Part shown: positions 9,586-18,469 of the stretch, in pieces
How positions within the stretch are numbered: position 1 is the first letter of the stretch
Layout of the letters: each line of letters opens with the position of its first letter
DNA from: a virus
Length of the DNA stretch: 41,109 nucleotides
Direction: 5' to 3' (one strand)
UHGV virus genome: UHGV-0441209
Notes under the pieces: generated by a model
What the model saw: only the letters and a program-made list of their open reading frames with translations
Database searches by the model: none
Told to the model about the DNA's origin: nothing
Made by a program: the position numbers and the translations under genes

Positions 9586-10623
9586 ATGAAAAAAAGTTTA
9601 ATTAAAATGAATTTGCAAATATTTGCAGCGAAAACGAAGATCGAAGATGTCATCGTACCTGAGGTATTCAATAGTTATGTTATTGAACGTACAGCTGAAT
9701 TATCAGCATTGTATCAGTCAGGTATTGTTGTGAAAGACCCAGAACTAGATGCGTTAGCAACTGCTGGTGGTAAGCTGATTAACATGCCGTTTTGGCAAGA
9801 CTTAACTGGTGAAGATGAAGTGTTATCTGATACAGATTCTTTAGAAACAGATAAAATTACTGCTAGTCAAGATGTCGCTGCTCTTTTAATGCGAGGTAAA
9901 GCATGGAAAGTAAATGATTTATCTAAGGCTCTATCTGGGGATGATCCTATGCGTGCGATCGGTGATTTGGTCGCTGCTTATTGGGCACGTCGTCAACAAG
10001 CTACTTTGTTAAGCGTCTTAAAAGGTGTGTTTGGAGCAGCTTCTACTAAGATGAATGAAAATAGTTTAGATATTTCAGGCGAAACTGGTAATGATTCAGC
10101 GTTTACTGGCGAAACATTCTTAGATGCATCTTATAAACTAGGTGATGCCGAAGAAAAACTAACTGCGATCGCAGTCCATTCATCTGTTTATGCGAACTTA
10201 CGTAAGCAAAACTTGATTGAATTCTTATTAGATTCTAACAACACGAAGATTCCTACTTACATGGGAAAACGTGTAATTGTTGATGACGGAATGCCAGTAT
10301 CTGGAGATGTTTTTACATCCTATATTTTCGGGCAAGGTGCTATTGGTTTAGGTAATGGGGCAGCTCCTGTTCCTACAGAAACAGACCGGGATGCATTGGC
10401 TGGAGATGATATTTTAGTTAACCGTCAACACTTCTTATTGCATCCACGCGGAGTGAAATTTACAAATAAAACTGTTACGGGCTCATCACCTACGAATGCA
10501 GAATTAGCTACAGGAGGAAACTGGGAACGTGTTTATGAGTCTAAAAATGTTCGTATTGTTCAATTTAAGCATAAACTTTGGGTTCCTAAAACTGTTATTC
10601 CTGGTGGAGGAACGGGCGAATAA
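9586..10623 (+). CDS. major capsid protein
   Basis: 345 aa, after the scaffold. AGGAG ribosome binding site. N-terminus is MKKSLIKMNLQIFA|AKTK, a Prp cleavage motif. Confidence 0.75.
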   Translation: MKKSLIKMNLQIFAAKTKIEDVIVPEVFNSYVIERTAELSALYQSGIVVKDPELDALATAGGKLINMPFWQDLTGEDEVLSDTDSLETDKITASQDVAALLMRGKAWKVNDLSKALSGDDPMRAIGDLVAAYWARRQQATLLSVLKGVFGAASTKMNENSLDISGETGNDSAFTGETFLDASYKLGDAEEKLTAIAVHSSVYANLRKQNLIEFLLDSNNTKIPTYMGKRVIVDDGMPVSGDVFTSYIFGQGAIGLGNGAAPVPTETDRDALAGDDILVNRQHFLLHPRGVKFTNKTVTGSSPTNAELATGGNWERVYESKNVRIVQFKHKLWVPKTVIPGGGTGE

Positions 10624-10636
10624 AGGGGTAATCTTT

Positions 10637-10975
10637 ATGGATAAAGAAGAAGTAATCAAGCACACAAAAGCACTTGTTGTTCGACTTGGAATTGATGAGA
10701 CTGAATCTGAAAAAATCAAAGGAATGTTAGAGGATGCTATTGTTTTAGTTCTTGATTATACCAATAGAGAAAAAATGATAGACAAGCTATACTATTACGC
10801 TCGTCAACTAGTAATAATCACTTGGAATCAAGAAGGGAACGAGGGAGAGACTTCACGCTCAGAGGGTGGTGTCTCTCAAAGTTTTATTACAGATATTCCT
10901 GAAAAGCTAAAATCTGGATTGAATAACTATCGCATAGGAAAGGTTGTGAAATACTATGCGTCTAAGAAAACGTAA
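10637..10975 (+). CDS. head-tail connector protein (gp6-like)
   Basis: Small ORF (MDKEEVIKHTKALVVRLGIDE...) after an AAGGGG ribosome binding site. Position after the capsid gene. The ORF track's 10529 start lies inside the capsid gene. Confidence 0.5.
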   Translation: MDKEEVIKHTKALVVRLGIDETESEKIKGMLEDAIVLVLDYTNREKMIDKLYYYARQLVIITWNQEGNEGETSRSEGGVSQSFITDIPEKLKSGLNNYRIGKVVKYYASKKT

Positions 10976-11297
10976 TTTGGTTGTTGCCTACTTGAAAAAA
11001 CGTCATCTTGAAAAAGATGATGAAGGAAATGACGTTGTTACCTATTCAAGTGAGTTCAATGAACTACACATGAATATTCAGTCTGCGGGTGGACAAGTAG
11101 CAGCTACAATTTATGGTCAACATTTACCTTATATCAAACTCTGTAAATATCAAGGAGATTTGTTAAAGCCAAATAGAAATGAAAAAGATGGCATTTGTTT
11201 ATATGTTAAACCAGAAAATGATCCAGATTATGAGATTGAATCAATTCAGCCTTTCTCTTCTCATTTAAATATCACATTAAAGAAAAGAGGAGTGTAA
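10956..11297 (+). CDS. head closure / head-tail adaptor protein
   Basis: Position in the head-tail joining block; 113 aa. Confidence 0.45.
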   Translation: MRLRKRNLVVAYLKKRHLEKDDEGNDVVTYSSEFNELHMNIQSAGGQVAATIYGQHLPYIKLCKYQGDLLKPNRNEKDGICLYVKPENDPDYEIESIQPFSSHLNITLKKRGV

Positions 11298-11836
11298 TGG
11301 GTGTTGAGATTAGAGGCTTAGACCGCCTTAAACGTAAAACCAAGAAAGCGACAGAGTTAATATCTGATGCAGCATGGGATGCAACTTTTGAACTTACAGA
11401 ATTGATTCAGGGAGCTGCAGAACTACGCTTGGCTTCCAGCATTAAATACGGAAGTGGTGAACTGTCAGGAAGTTTAAAAAATGAGGTTGTAGTTGATGCG
11501 AGTGGTCATCTTGTCGGCCGTGTCTGGTCAGATAAAGAACAAGCAATTTACAGAGAGTTTGGTACTGGGCAAATTGGAGAAGCAAGTTCTAAAGACATTC
11601 CGACTGGAATAATGCCTGTTTATTCGCAGAAACCTTGGTTTATCCCGGCTGAAAAAGTAGCAATAGACTTAGAAGCTATGTATGGTATTCCAAAAATTAC
11701 GATTCAAGGCCAAGATTTTTTCATAACTAAAGGTCAGCCCTCGAGACCGTTCTTGTATCCGTCACTTCAAGAAATGATTGAACAAGCTTCAGAAATATAT
11801 ATAAAGCATGTTAAAGAAAGGCTGAGGGAATTATGA
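11297..11836 (+). CDS. HK97 gp10-like tail component
   Basis: 179 aa, in the head-tail joining block; translationally coupled (ATG overlaps the upstream stop). Confidence 0.45.
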   Translation: MGVEIRGLDRLKRKTKKATELISDAAWDATFELTELIQGAAELRLASSIKYGSGELSGSLKNEVVVDASGHLVGRVWSDKEQAIYREFGTGQIGEASSKDIPTGIMPVYSQKPWFIPAEKVAIDLEAMYGIPKITIQGQDFFITKGQPSRPFLYPSLQEMIEQASEIYIKHVKERLREL

Positions 11837-12195
11837 ATAAGATTGACTTGAAACCTATTGTTTATCAATTACTTACACAAGTTAAAGAGATTAAGAAAGT
11901 TGCAACTGATTATCCAAGTAACTGGACCTCATTCCCTTCCGCGATATATAGAACTAGCTCACAACCAAAAGAAATCGATTCGCAAAAAAAAGAGTTACAG
12001 ACAACTTGGATGATTACTATTGAGTTATATGGAAATACTAGTTTGACTGCATTGACGTCATTAGTTATAGAGAAGTTTAATTCTATAGGATTTACAGGTA
12101 CTAGTAAAGATGCAAACACAGCTGATATGCATCGAGTTATCATTGAACTAACTGGTGTAGTTGACAATGTAACAAAATATGTTTATAAAAAATGA
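11833..12195 (+). CDS. tail completion / tail terminator protein
   Basis: 120 aa, immediately upstream of the major tail protein. Confidence 0.4.
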   Translation: MNKIDLKPIVYQLLTQVKEIKKVATDYPSNWTSFPSAIYRTSSQPKEIDSQKKELQTTWMITIELYGNTSLTALTSLVIEKFNSIGFTGTSKDANTADMHRVIIELTGVVDNVTKYVYKK

Positions 12196-12214
12196 AAATT
12201 TGGAGGTAGCGACA

Positions 12215-12673
12215 ATGAAAAAATTAGATTTACAACTATTTGCTGGAGAACCAGCATTTGAAGGGCTATTATCAAAAGGCACTAAGTTGTCATACAAAGA
12301 TGGGGCAACTTCAAAAGATATCGCAGCAGTAAAATCCATTCCAGCATTAGGAACAGACCCTGAAAAAGTAGAAGTGACTCACTTGGGTTCAGAAAAAAAA
12401 GCATATATTAAAGGATTACAAGATAGTGAAAGCTTAGAATTTGCTATCGTTTATCAAGGAACAAACTTCAATGATATTCATACTATGGTAAAATCTGGCA
12501 AATCATTTGATTTCACGATTACCTATCCTGATGGATTAACAGCAACTTTTTCAGGAGAACCAGATTATAAATTTGATGGAGCAGAAGTCAATCAAGCTAT
12601 TGGTTTTAATTTAGTTGTAGTAGTATCCAAAGGACCAGATTTTACACCTGTCACTGCTCCAACAACAAAATAA
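12215..12673 (+). CDS. major tail protein
   Basis: GGAGGT ribosome binding site. N-terminus is MKKLDLQLFA|GEPAFEG, a third Prp motif. Followed by a strong terminator, a typical major-tail-protein expression signal. Confidence 0.65.
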   Translation: MKKLDLQLFAGEPAFEGLLSKGTKLSYKDGATSKDIAAVKSIPALGTDPEKVEVTHLGSEKKAYIKGLQDSESLEFAIVYQGTNFNDIHTMVKSGKSFDFTITYPDGLTATFSGEPDYKFDGAEVNQAIGFNLVVVVSKGPDFTPVTAPTTK

Positions 12674-12683
12674 ACAACAATTT

Positions 12684-12715
12684 AAAGAGCAGAGAAACTC
12701 TCTGCTCTTTTATTT
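12684..12715 (+). terminator. Rho-independent terminator after the major tail gene
   Basis: AAAGAGCAGAGA-aac-TCTCTGCTCTTT then TATTT. Confidence 0.7.
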
Positions 12716-12729
12716 AGGAGGAAATGTAA

Positions 12730-13140
12730 ATGTCAAAAAATAATTTAGTAGCTATGCCTTTAACAAAAGAGTTTGAATTTGGTGACTTAACACTTCAATT
12801 GCGATTAGATGGGAAATCTATTCTTAACATTGAAAAGCGATTAGATGAAGGTATCATGGGATTATTTGTAAAAAAACAAGGGGAACTTAAATTACCACCT
12901 GCAAATAGTTTACTCATCATTTTGCAAGGAGCAAATAAGACGAGTGGTGTAACAGATAAGGTTATGGTTGATGCATTCGAAAAATATATTGATTCAGGCA
13001 AAACTACAATGGATTTATTTGCAGAAATCAATGATTTCTTAGATGAATCTGGTTTTTTCGGAAAGAAAAAAACGGAGAAAGAAGAGACAAATGGGGAATC
13101 TCTGGATCAGGAAGTAACCGAGGAGGAAAGCATGCTGTAA
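12730..13140 (+). CDS. tail assembly chaperone (gpG-like)
   Basis: Acidic 136-aa ORF between the major tail protein and the tape measure protein. Confidence 0.5.
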   Translation: MSKNNLVAMPLTKEFEFGDLTLQLRLDGKSILNIEKRLDEGIMGLFVKKQGELKLPPANSLLIILQGANKTSGVTDKVMVDAFEKYIDSGKTTMDLFAEINDFLDESGFFGKKKTEKEETNGESLDQEVTEEESML

Positions 13141-13172
13141 CATACAGCACTTTAAGTGAGCTTCTAGAGGCT

Positions 13173-13532
13173 ATGTATCCACAAGCTGTAGAAGCAGGCA
13201 TCCCAGCTTCAGAATATTGGCTTATGACTTTTGATGAGCTTATGGTACAGATTCAAGCCAACAAAAAGTGTAAAGAAAACGAGCTGAGAGAAAAAGCAAT
13301 GTTCGATTACTCTCAACAAAAATTAGCAGTTTATGCTTTTAATGATCCAAAAAAATTCCCTAAGTTTGAAGAAGTATATCCTTTTTTGAAAGACGTTGAA
13401 CAAGTGGTTAATCAAGGAATAAAAGAATACAACACTCAAGAAGACTCAATGTATAGAGATCAGGATATTTTAATGAAAAATGCCAAGGCTATTAAAGAAA
13501 CTAGGAAACGAAAGATGATTGAAGAAAGGTAG
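13173..13532 (+). CDS. tail assembly protein (gpT-like) / hypothetical
   Basis: 119-aa ORF immediately upstream of the tape measure protein. Confidence 0.4.
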   Translation: MYPQAVEAGIPASEYWLMTFDELMVQIQANKKCKENELREKAMFDYSQQKLAVYAFNDPKKFPKFEEVYPFLKDVEQVVNQGIKEYNTQEDSMYRDQDILMKNAKAIKETRKRKMIEER

Positions 13533-13541
13533 GTGAAAAAT

Positions 13542-16500
13542 ATGGCGATAGAACTTGAAACATTAGAAGTTCTGCTAGATGTTAACTTATCAAAAATCGA
13601 TGCAGCTATGGAGAAAGTTTGGCCTAAGTTTGATTCTATGTTAAAAAAAATTGAAGGTACTTCAAAAGATAGCATGGATAAAACTGAAAAAAATCTAAAT
13701 ATAGATAAAGGCGTACAAGCGTTTAGTAAGCAATTGGATGAATTGTCTAAAAATGTTGAGCGTATGACTAATACTATTTCTAAAAATACCAAAGATGCAT
13801 CAAGTAATATTGGAAATAACTTTGCATCAGGTATAAGGAAAGCAAAACCAAAAGTTTCTAAAGAGGTTGACGCTCTGGTCAATGAAATTAATGCAAAAAT
13901 GGGTCAAGCAAAAGCAGCACAAGAGAAGGTTGCGTATTTAAAATCACAAAGACAAGATGCATCTGCAAAAGGTGATACGGGAAAAACAATTAAATACGAT
14001 GAACAAATCGCAAGAGCGCAAGCAAATATGACTAAATTTCATGATCAAGCAAAGGGATTAGCCAAAGGGATAAAATCTGAATTTGACTCGGTGCCAAGTT
14101 CTTTAGATAACATTGTGAAAAAAATGGCACTGAACGAAATTCAAATAGAAGCTATGAGAAAGAAAATAAAAGGATTAAAAAGTACGTATGAAGACCAAAG
14201 GATTCCGAAAGGTACTTTTCAAAATGGTTTTAAAGAGTTTAAAGATACTCCTGCATCAGACAAAACGGCAGAAGCTATTCAAAAGCAATCAGTCAAAATG
14301 AATAAATTAATTAATGACAATGATAGATTGCAAAAAGAATATGCTAAAACAGAAGATAGAGCTAATTCATTGAGAAAAGCTTTAGCACGAATTAATACGG
14401 CGTTGGGATCTTCGTCAATTCGTACAGGAGATGCTGTAGATGGAGCTACTAAAACAGGAGCCGGAATGAAACAATCAGAGCGTGCAGTTTCAAGATATGG
14501 TGGAGTATTTAATCGTATGCAAAATGCTCTTTCTCATGGATCAAGAGGATTAGGCAATGGTTTTAAAGATAGTCTAGGTTTTGTAAGTAAATTCGGTAGC
14601 ATATTTTCTTTAACTAGTAATAAAGTTAATCGAGGAACACAAGGAATGTCTCGGCGAACTGGACAGCTAGGTCAGTCGATGCGTGGATTGTTACCATCAT
14701 TAATTGTTTATCAATTAATTGGAAGAGCAATATCTGGATTAGCCAAAAATTTGTTTGCAGCTTTTAGGACCAATGAACAATTTTCTAATTCTTTAAATCA
14801 AATCAAAGTTAATCTTATGACTGCTTTTTATCCCATTTACACAGCGATTTTACCAGCAGTTAATACGTTAATGAATGCACTTGCAACGTTAACAGGCCAA
14901 TTTGCAGCTTTTATAGCATCTATTTTTGGAACTACTTATCAAGCAGCAAAGACAGGAGCTAGTGGACTTTATGATGATATTCAAGCATTGGAAGATACTG
15001 GAGATGCTGCAGAAAAAACTAAGGAAAAAGTGAAAAAATTAGAACGAGTATTGATGGGGTTTGACGAAATCAATAAATTGAGTCTAAATAATGACAAAGA
15101 GGATGGTAGTTCCTTAGATAAACCTAACAAACCGTCTACTGATTTTGGTGCAGCAACAGGGGATTACCAGCCGCCAGCATGGATGAAAAACTTTAAAAAT
15201 CTGCTTAAAGATTTTTTCAAACCATTTCAAGATGCTTGGAATAATCAAGGTAAAAAAGTAATAGATGCTTGGAACTATGCTTTAAAAGAAGTAATAGGAT
15301 TGGCAAAAGCTATAGGCAAGTCATTTATGGAAGTATGGACTAACGGGACAGGTCAGCGATTTATTGAAAATCTTCTAATATTATTAGCAGATGTATTAAA
15401 TATTATTGGTGACATAGCAGGTGCATTTAGAAGAGCATGGGAAGACGATGGTAGAGGAACGGCCCTTATACAATCTATATTTGATATGTGGAACTCTATC
15501 TTAGAACTTTTGCATAGTGTTGCGACCGCTTTTAGAGATGCGTGGAATGACGGTACTGGCGAATCAATTGCTGCTAATATATTAGAAATCTATACGAATA
15601 TTTTCAAGACAATAGGTAATATTGCTGATCAATTAAAGAAAGCATGGGAATCTAATAATACTGGAAGAGAAATCTTTTCAATAATTCTTGGAATTATTGA
15701 TGATATTCTAAGTCACATAAATGGTATAACTAAAGCGACTGCTGACTGGGCTAAAACTCTTGATTTTACGCCGTTATTAAGTAGTGTTAAAAATTTACTG
15801 AAAAGCATTCGTCCATTAGCTGACAAGGTCGGAGAAGGGTTAGAATGGTTCTATAAAAACGTCTTATTACCTTTAGCAAGCTATACTATTCAAGATTTAA
15901 TACCAGCATTTTTAGATACGTTAAAAGGAGTTATTGATTTACTTAGTGGCGTCATTGACGCATTTAAGCCAGCTTTTGATTATTTTTGGAACAATGTATT
16001 AAAACCCCTAGCCGAATGGACAGGGGGTATAGTAGTTGATGTATTGAAATCACTTGGTGATGTGTTGTCTACAATTGGTCAATGGCTTTCAGAACACGCA
16101 GAAGGTTTTTCAAATTTCGTTATAGCTTTTGGTACATTTGTAGGAGCGATTAAAGTAATAGGAGCTGCTGTGAAAGTTGTTGAAGTTCTATCTGGAATCT
16201 TCACTTTTCTTTCGAGTATTGGTGGCCTTAGTGGAGTGCTTTCTGCAGTAGGAACAGCGATTGGTACAGTAGTTGGTATTTTAGGAGGACCTATAACAGT
16301 AGCGATAGGAGCGGCTATTGCAGCAGGAGTGTTACTTTGGAAAAACTGGGATACAGTAAAAGAAAAAGCAGGACAATTAGGTAAATGGATTAATGAAAAG
16401 TGGAATGGAATTAAAAGTTCTACATCTGAAGCTTGGGATAGTGTAAAAAAATGGAGCTCTGAAAAATGGGAAGATACAAAAAAATCAGTTAGTGATAAAG

Positions 16501-18077
16501 TATCTACAATTAAAACTAATGTGTCAGATAAATGGAGTGAAATAAAAAGAGGAACATCTGATACTTGGGAAAATGTAAAAAGTACAGTATCTGATAAAGC
16601 AAATACAGCAAAAAATAATGCTGTTAGTGCGTGGTCGAATATGAAAGAAAAAATGGGAAGTTATTCGAGCACAATCAAATCAAATGCAAAAAATGCATTT
16701 GATAGTGTAGCTTCTTGGGCATCTGGAATGGGTGAAAAAATAGGCTCAGGATTAAGCAGAGGTGTAAATGCTGTGAAAAGAGGAGCAGCAGCGATTGGTA
16801 ATGGAATTGTTAGTGTTATTGGGGGCGCTGTAAATGGAGTCATCAATGGTATTAACTGGGTACTAGGAGCAGTAGGATCAAGTAATCGTTTAACTGCGTG
16901 GGAAGTTCCAAGGTATGCAAAAGGTACCAATGGACATCCAGGAGGGTATGCAATGGTTAATGATGCTGCTGGCAGCCGTTATCAAGAAATGTTTATGCTG
17001 CCTGACGGAAGAGCTGGTTTATTCCCTAAACAAAGAAATTTGTTAGTTAACTTACCTAAAGGTTCTCAGGTTATACCAGGAAATCAAATACCAAATTATG
17101 CTAAAGGAACTAGTGGGTGGCTGGATAATCTTCAAGATTTAGCTTCGAATATTTGGGACTATGCAACCAATCCTAAAAAAGTATTAGATGCTGCTGTATC
17201 AAAATTTACTGATTTATCTGGAGTGTTTGAACCCGCACTGTCAATTGCTAAAGGTGGAATATCAAAGATGACTGAAGGCGCAGTCGGTTTTGTTAAAAAA
17301 TTCTTTGATGAGGGTAGCGAATCCCCAAAAGGTACTGGAGTTGAAAGATGGAGGCCTGTTATTAAAAAGGCTTTAAGTATGAATGGATTACCTTCTAATG
17401 AAACATATACTGGTGCTTGGTTAAGGCAAGTGCAATCTGAATCTGGAGGAAATGAAAAAGCAGTACAAGGTGGATATGTTGATGTAAACACTATTTCAGG
17501 AGACCTTGCAAAAGGGCTACTACAAACAATATCTGCTACATTCAACGCATATAAATTCCCAGGTCATGGAAATATTTTTAATGGATTTGACAATTCATTG
17601 GCAGCAATAAACTATGCAAAAAACAGATACGGAGTTACAGGAATGCTTCAAGTTATTGGTCATGGACATGGCTATGCTAAAGGAACACCTTGGGTACCTG
17701 AGGACCAATTAGCAATGATTCATAAAGGAGAAATGGTTGTTCCAGCTGGCGCAAATCCTTTTAATCCAGATAATCAATTTAAAGACTTTAAAAATCTGCG
17801 TATGCCTGACCAATTATATTCGTCACAAAGTACAATAAATAATACTGATTTTAACAATTCCTCTCCAAATAATGTAAATAGTTATGGTATTTCTAAACTA
17901 GAGAATTCTTTGGTTAATGCAATTATGTCCCTAGTGAGTTCTCTTGGTGCATCAGCTTCGCAAAATCGGGATGGTGATATAATTATAAACATAGGCGGAG
18001 AAGAATTTGCTCGAATTGCTATTTCTAAAATTAATGAGTATAATCGGAAAATTGGTTATAATGCACTTGAAATATAG
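13542..18077 (+). CDS. tail tape measure protein with C-terminal lytic transglycosylase (SLT) domain
   Basis: 1511 aa; long coiled-coil N-terminal half; a Gly/Ala-rich TM-like segment (GGPITVAIGAAIAAGVLLW); and W-repeats. The C-terminal LRQVQSESGGNEKAVQGG...AINYAKNRYG resembles the SLT catalytic ES motif. Confidence 0.85.
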   Translation: MAIELETLEVLLDVNLSKIDAAMEKVWPKFDSMLKKIEGTSKDSMDKTEKNLNIDKGVQAFSKQLDELSKNVERMTNTISKNTKDASSNIGNNFASGIRKAKPKVSKEVDALVNEINAKMGQAKAAQEKVAYLKSQRQDASAKGDTGKTIKYDEQIARAQANMTKFHDQAKGLAKGIKSEFDSVPSSLDNIVKKMALNEIQIEAMRKKIKGLKSTYEDQRIPKGTFQNGFKEFKDTPASDKTAEAIQKQSVKMNKLINDNDRLQKEYAKTEDRANSLRKALARINTALGSSSIRTGDAVDGATKTGAGMKQSERAVSRYGGVFNRMQNALSHGSRGLGNGFKDSLGFVSKFGSIFSLTSNKVNRGTQGMSRRTGQLGQSMRGLLPSLIVYQLIGRAISGLAKNLFAAFRTNEQFSNSLNQIKVNLMTAFYPIYTAILPAVNTLMNALATLTGQFAAFIASIFGTTYQAAKTGASGLYDDIQALEDTGDAAEKTKEKVKKLERVLMGFDEINKLSLNNDKEDGSSLDKPNKPSTDFGAATGDYQPPAWMKNFKNLLKDFFKPFQDAWNNQGKKVIDAWNYALKEVIGLAKAIGKSFMEVWTNGTGQRFIENLLILLADVLNIIGDIAGAFRRAWEDDGRGTALIQSIFDMWNSILELLHSVATAFRDAWNDGTGESIAANILEIYTNIFKTIGNIADQLKKAWESNNTGREIFSIILGIIDDILSHINGITKATADWAKTLDFTPLLSSVKNLLKSIRPLADKVGEGLEWFYKNVLLPLASYTIQDLIPAFLDTLKGVIDLLSGVIDAFKPAFDYFWNNVLKPLAEWTGGIVVDVLKSLGDVLSTIGQWLSEHAEGFSNFVIAFGTFVGAIKVIGAAVKVVEVLSGIFTFLSSIGGLSGVLSAVGTAIGTVVGILGGPITVAIGAAIAAGVLLWKNWDTVKEKAGQLGKWINEKWNGIKSSTSEAWDSVKKWSSEKWEDTKKSVSDKVSTIKTNVSDKWSEIKRGTSDTWENVKSTVSDKANTAKNNAVSAWSNMKEKMGSYSSTIKSNAKNAFDSVASWASGMGEKIGSGLSRGVNAVKRGAAAIGNGIVSVIGGAVNGVINGINWVLGAVGSSNRLTAWEVPRYAKGTNGHPGGYAMVNDAAGSRYQEMFMLPDGRAGLFPKQRNLLVNLPKGSQVIPGNQIPNYAKGTSGWLDNLQDLASNIWDYATNPKKVLDAAVSKFTDLSGVFEPALSIAKGGISKMTEGAVGFVKKFFDEGSESPKGTGVERWRPVIKKALSMNGLPSNETYTGAWLRQVQSESGGNEKAVQGGYVDVNTISGDLAKGLLQTISATFNAYKFPGHGNIFNGFDNSLAAINYAKNRYGVTGMLQVIGHGHGYAKGTPWVPEDQLAMIHKGEMVVPAGANPFNPDNQFKDFKNLRMPDQLYSSQSTINNTDFNNSSPNNVNSYGISKLENSLVNAIMSLVSSLGASASQNRDGDIIINIGGEEFARIAISKINEYNRKIGYNALEI

Positions 18078-18086
18078 AGGTGAAAC

Positions 18087-18453
18087 TATGTCTGGAATGT
18101 TAAAAATAAACGGACAGACTGTTCGATATCCTAAAGAATATTCAGTAGGGATACAAGCAATTGATGCTGATTCTAGCGGCAGAAATGCTAACGGAGAAAT
18201 GGTACGAGATGTAATTGCAGAGAAAATTAAATTAACAATGAAGTGGGGGCCTCTGAGTGATTCAGAGGTCTCTTCCATTTTGCAAGCTGTAAAAAGTAAT
18301 TTCTTTCAAGTTGAATACCCAGACCCCTTGATTGGAAGGCAAAGAGTTAAAACATTTTATGTAGGTGATAGATCAGCTCCTTCTTATTCATGGAATGGTA
18401 AATTTGAAGAATTGAAGTGGGAAGGATTAGAAATGAACTTTATTGAACAGTAG
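18087..18453 (+). CDS. short distal tail (Dit-like) protein / hypothetical
   Basis: Position directly after the tape measure protein. GAGGTG ribosome binding site. MSGMLKINGQTVRYP.... Confidence 0.35.
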
Positions 18454-18469
18454 GCAGAAAGGAGTATAC

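Noticed and set aside
8859-9671. 270-aa minus-strand ORF antisense to the scaffold gene
   Set aside because: Ser/Phe-rich low-complexity translation, the mirror image of the K/E-rich scaffold codons. It has no ribosome binding site and lies entirely antisense to a well-supported structural gene, so it is a shadow ORF.
10529-10636. ORF-track start of the connector gene inside the capsid gene
   Set aside because: It overlaps the 3' end of the capsid gene by 95 nt. The AAGGGG ribosome binding site and ATG at 10637 give a non-overlapping start.
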